Positions 62,934 through 64,000 of a DNA stretch of 64,000 bases are shown here, piece after piece. Below the pieces are notes generated by a model. That model was not told the DNA's origin. It saw only the letters and a list, made by a program, of their open reading frames with translations, and did not search any database. A program made the translations under genes and the position numbers. Positions within the stretch are counted from its first letter, which is position 1, and each line of letters begins with the position of its first letter. The stretch is from Cyclobacteriaceae bacterium (lineage in GTDB: Bacteria; Bacteroidota; Bacteroidia; Cytophagales; Cyclobacteriaceae). Where the stretch lies: assembly GCA_040222475.1 (NCBI GenBank), contig JAVKDB010000023.1:41170-105169 (forward strand), in the 5' to 3' direction.

Positions 62934-63659
62934 TTATCCTCCAATATTCGCTTCCATATCGGCATATCGGCTTTGTCGTTCTCTGTCACCCAGGCGGTAA
63001 GAAATATAGGCCAGTGCACGGATACAACCAATTGAACCAGGATTCATTTCCAGTGCATATTCATAAAACTCAAGAGCCTGCTTATATGCAGAAAGAGCTT
63101 TGGCCTGTGCATTCTGATCATCAATTAACTGATCAAACATGACTCCAATGGCTTCATGGGATTTACCAAGTAACTCGTTCACCTCGAACGTATTTCTAAT
63201 TTTCTTTACTGCTTCCAATTGTGTTATCGCAGGGCCAAAAATTCGATTCACTTCTATCTCTGTTTCTGCGTTAACCCCCCGATCATATTTTTGCTTCGCG
63301 CTGGTGAAAAGTTGCGAGTAAATAAGACTCAATTCGGCATCAACTGACTCTTTCCATCTGGTGTCAAGCGCAACAGCCTGAGTCAGATCATTGTAAACTG
63401 CATGGTATGGATCAGACCCGATTATTGCAGAGCTCTTTCCTGATTTAAGCAAATTCAGCCTTGACATTCCCCTGTAATAATAAGCCTTACTCCGCATGTC
63501 GCTATTCATGTCGGGGCTGGTTTCAAACGCTTTATTCATGTCCTGAATGGTTCGTTCAAAAGCACCACTATGGAATGCAATGATCCCTGGAGAAACAAAA
63601 TTTTGCGAAAACCCGATCAGGAAAGAAAAGGAAAGAAATACGATTAAAAAAGCTCTCAT
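62934..63659 (-). CDS. secreted TPR-like helical-repeat protein
   Basis: 241 aa. Signal peptide, then helical repeats with TPR-like A/Y/L periodicity. Confidence 0.55.
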   Translation of the reverse strand: MRAFLIVFLSFSFLIGFSQNFVSPGIIAFHSGAFERTIQDMNKAFETSPDMNSDMRSKAYYYRGMSRLNLLKSGKSSAIIGSDPYHAVYNDLTQAVALDTRWKESVDAELSLIYSQLFTSAKQKYDRGVNAETEIEVNRIFGPAITQLEAVKKIRNTFEVNELLGKSHEAIGVMFDQLIDDQNAQAKALSAYKQALEFYEYALEMNPGSIGCIRALAYISYRLGDRERQSRYADMEANIGG

Positions 63660-63753
63660 ATATCAGCGATATTGTTTGCAAAATTACAATTTTTGAAGTT
63701 GATACAAATCCTGTTCCAACTATTTAAAGCTTATCAGGAAAGAACCAGTCATA

Positions 63754-64000
63754 TTGCCCGAAAAATACTACCTCGACTACTTCAACTATGTCCTTGATTT
63801 CGTTGAACGACAGTATGATCATATACTCGATGAACCTGAGTATCTGTTTTATCAATCATTTCGAAACCTCTCAGAAGATGCCAAATGTCTTTATTTACGT
63901 TTTTCCAACCGCAGAGGTGATTTTTTCAGAATCAAAAAGATTTCATATACTGAAATAAAAGACCTCCACAGTGCCAAAGAAGAGTTACTGCTGAATTCTT
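63754..64000 (+). CDS. VRR-NUC/FAN1-like nuclease family protein, N-terminal fragment (runs off the right edge)
   Basis: Frame is open from 63703. LPEKYYLDYFNYVLDFVERQYDHILDEPEYLFYQSFRNLSEDAKCLYLRFSNRRGDFFRIKKISYTEI matches the N-terminal region I associate with bacterial FAN1-like proteins. There is no ATG, so TTG 63754 is a guess. Confidence 0.5.
   Translation, partial: MPEKYYLDYFNYVLDFVERQYDHILDEPEYLFYQSFRNLSEDAKCLYLRFSNRRGDFFRIKKISYTEIKDLHSAKEELLLNS

Noticed and set aside
1-64000. Looked across the whole window for CRISPR arrays, IS or transposase genes, integrases or recombinases, reverse transcriptases (retron/DGR), phage structural genes, restriction-modification genes or classic toxin-antitoxin pairs.
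   Set aside because: No ORF carries motifs I recognise for any of these, and no regularly spaced direct repeats are visible. The only nuclease-like genes are a housekeeping-type HNH protein, TatD, RuvC and a truncated VRR-NUC-like gene.

Overview
AT-rich, very tightly packed chromosomal segment that reads as Bacteroidota. Supporting signs are two cargo proteins with type-A T9SS C-terminal sorting domains, TAnnTTTG-type -7 boxes, a signal-peptide-bearing ExbB with two ExbD genes, a long PurF, and many 1-4 nt start/stop overlaps. I call about 65 protein genes and one tRNA-Ser(GGA). I saw no rRNA, CRISPR array, transposase, integrase, reverse transcriptase, phage gene or obvious toxin-antitoxin or defence module. 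Most of the window is housekeeping: tsaD, smpB, exbBD, ansA, tatD, ruvC, greA, mgtE, rsmA, pdxA, yceD-rpmF-fabH, efp-accB-accC, thiL, mce, an A-type Fe-S carrier, purF, nuoH-N, murI, cystathionine beta-synthase and a UvrD-type helicase. All family calls come from motif recognition by eye; no search, alignment program or folding program was run, so novelty cannot be verified here. I found no unambiguous new system. The best candidates for a second look are listed below. (1) A three-member family of 52-58 aa ORFs sits in otherwise empty intergenic gaps, with two of the three missing or mis-framed in the supplied track (23564-24022 and 40133-40291). (2) A translationally coupled block holds an MprF-flippase-like membrane protein, a QxxRW GT2 synthase, an 82-aa acidic protein, a GAF-PP2C phosphatase and a cytoplasmic NodB-like deacetylase (7510-11570). 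(3) An intrinsic terminator lies inside the greA leader. (4) A 2789-aa T9SS protein is built from five diverged modules of about 400 aa (52997-61366). (5) Twin promoter-like elements with identical spacing lie just downstream of an AraC regulator gene (48067-48676).
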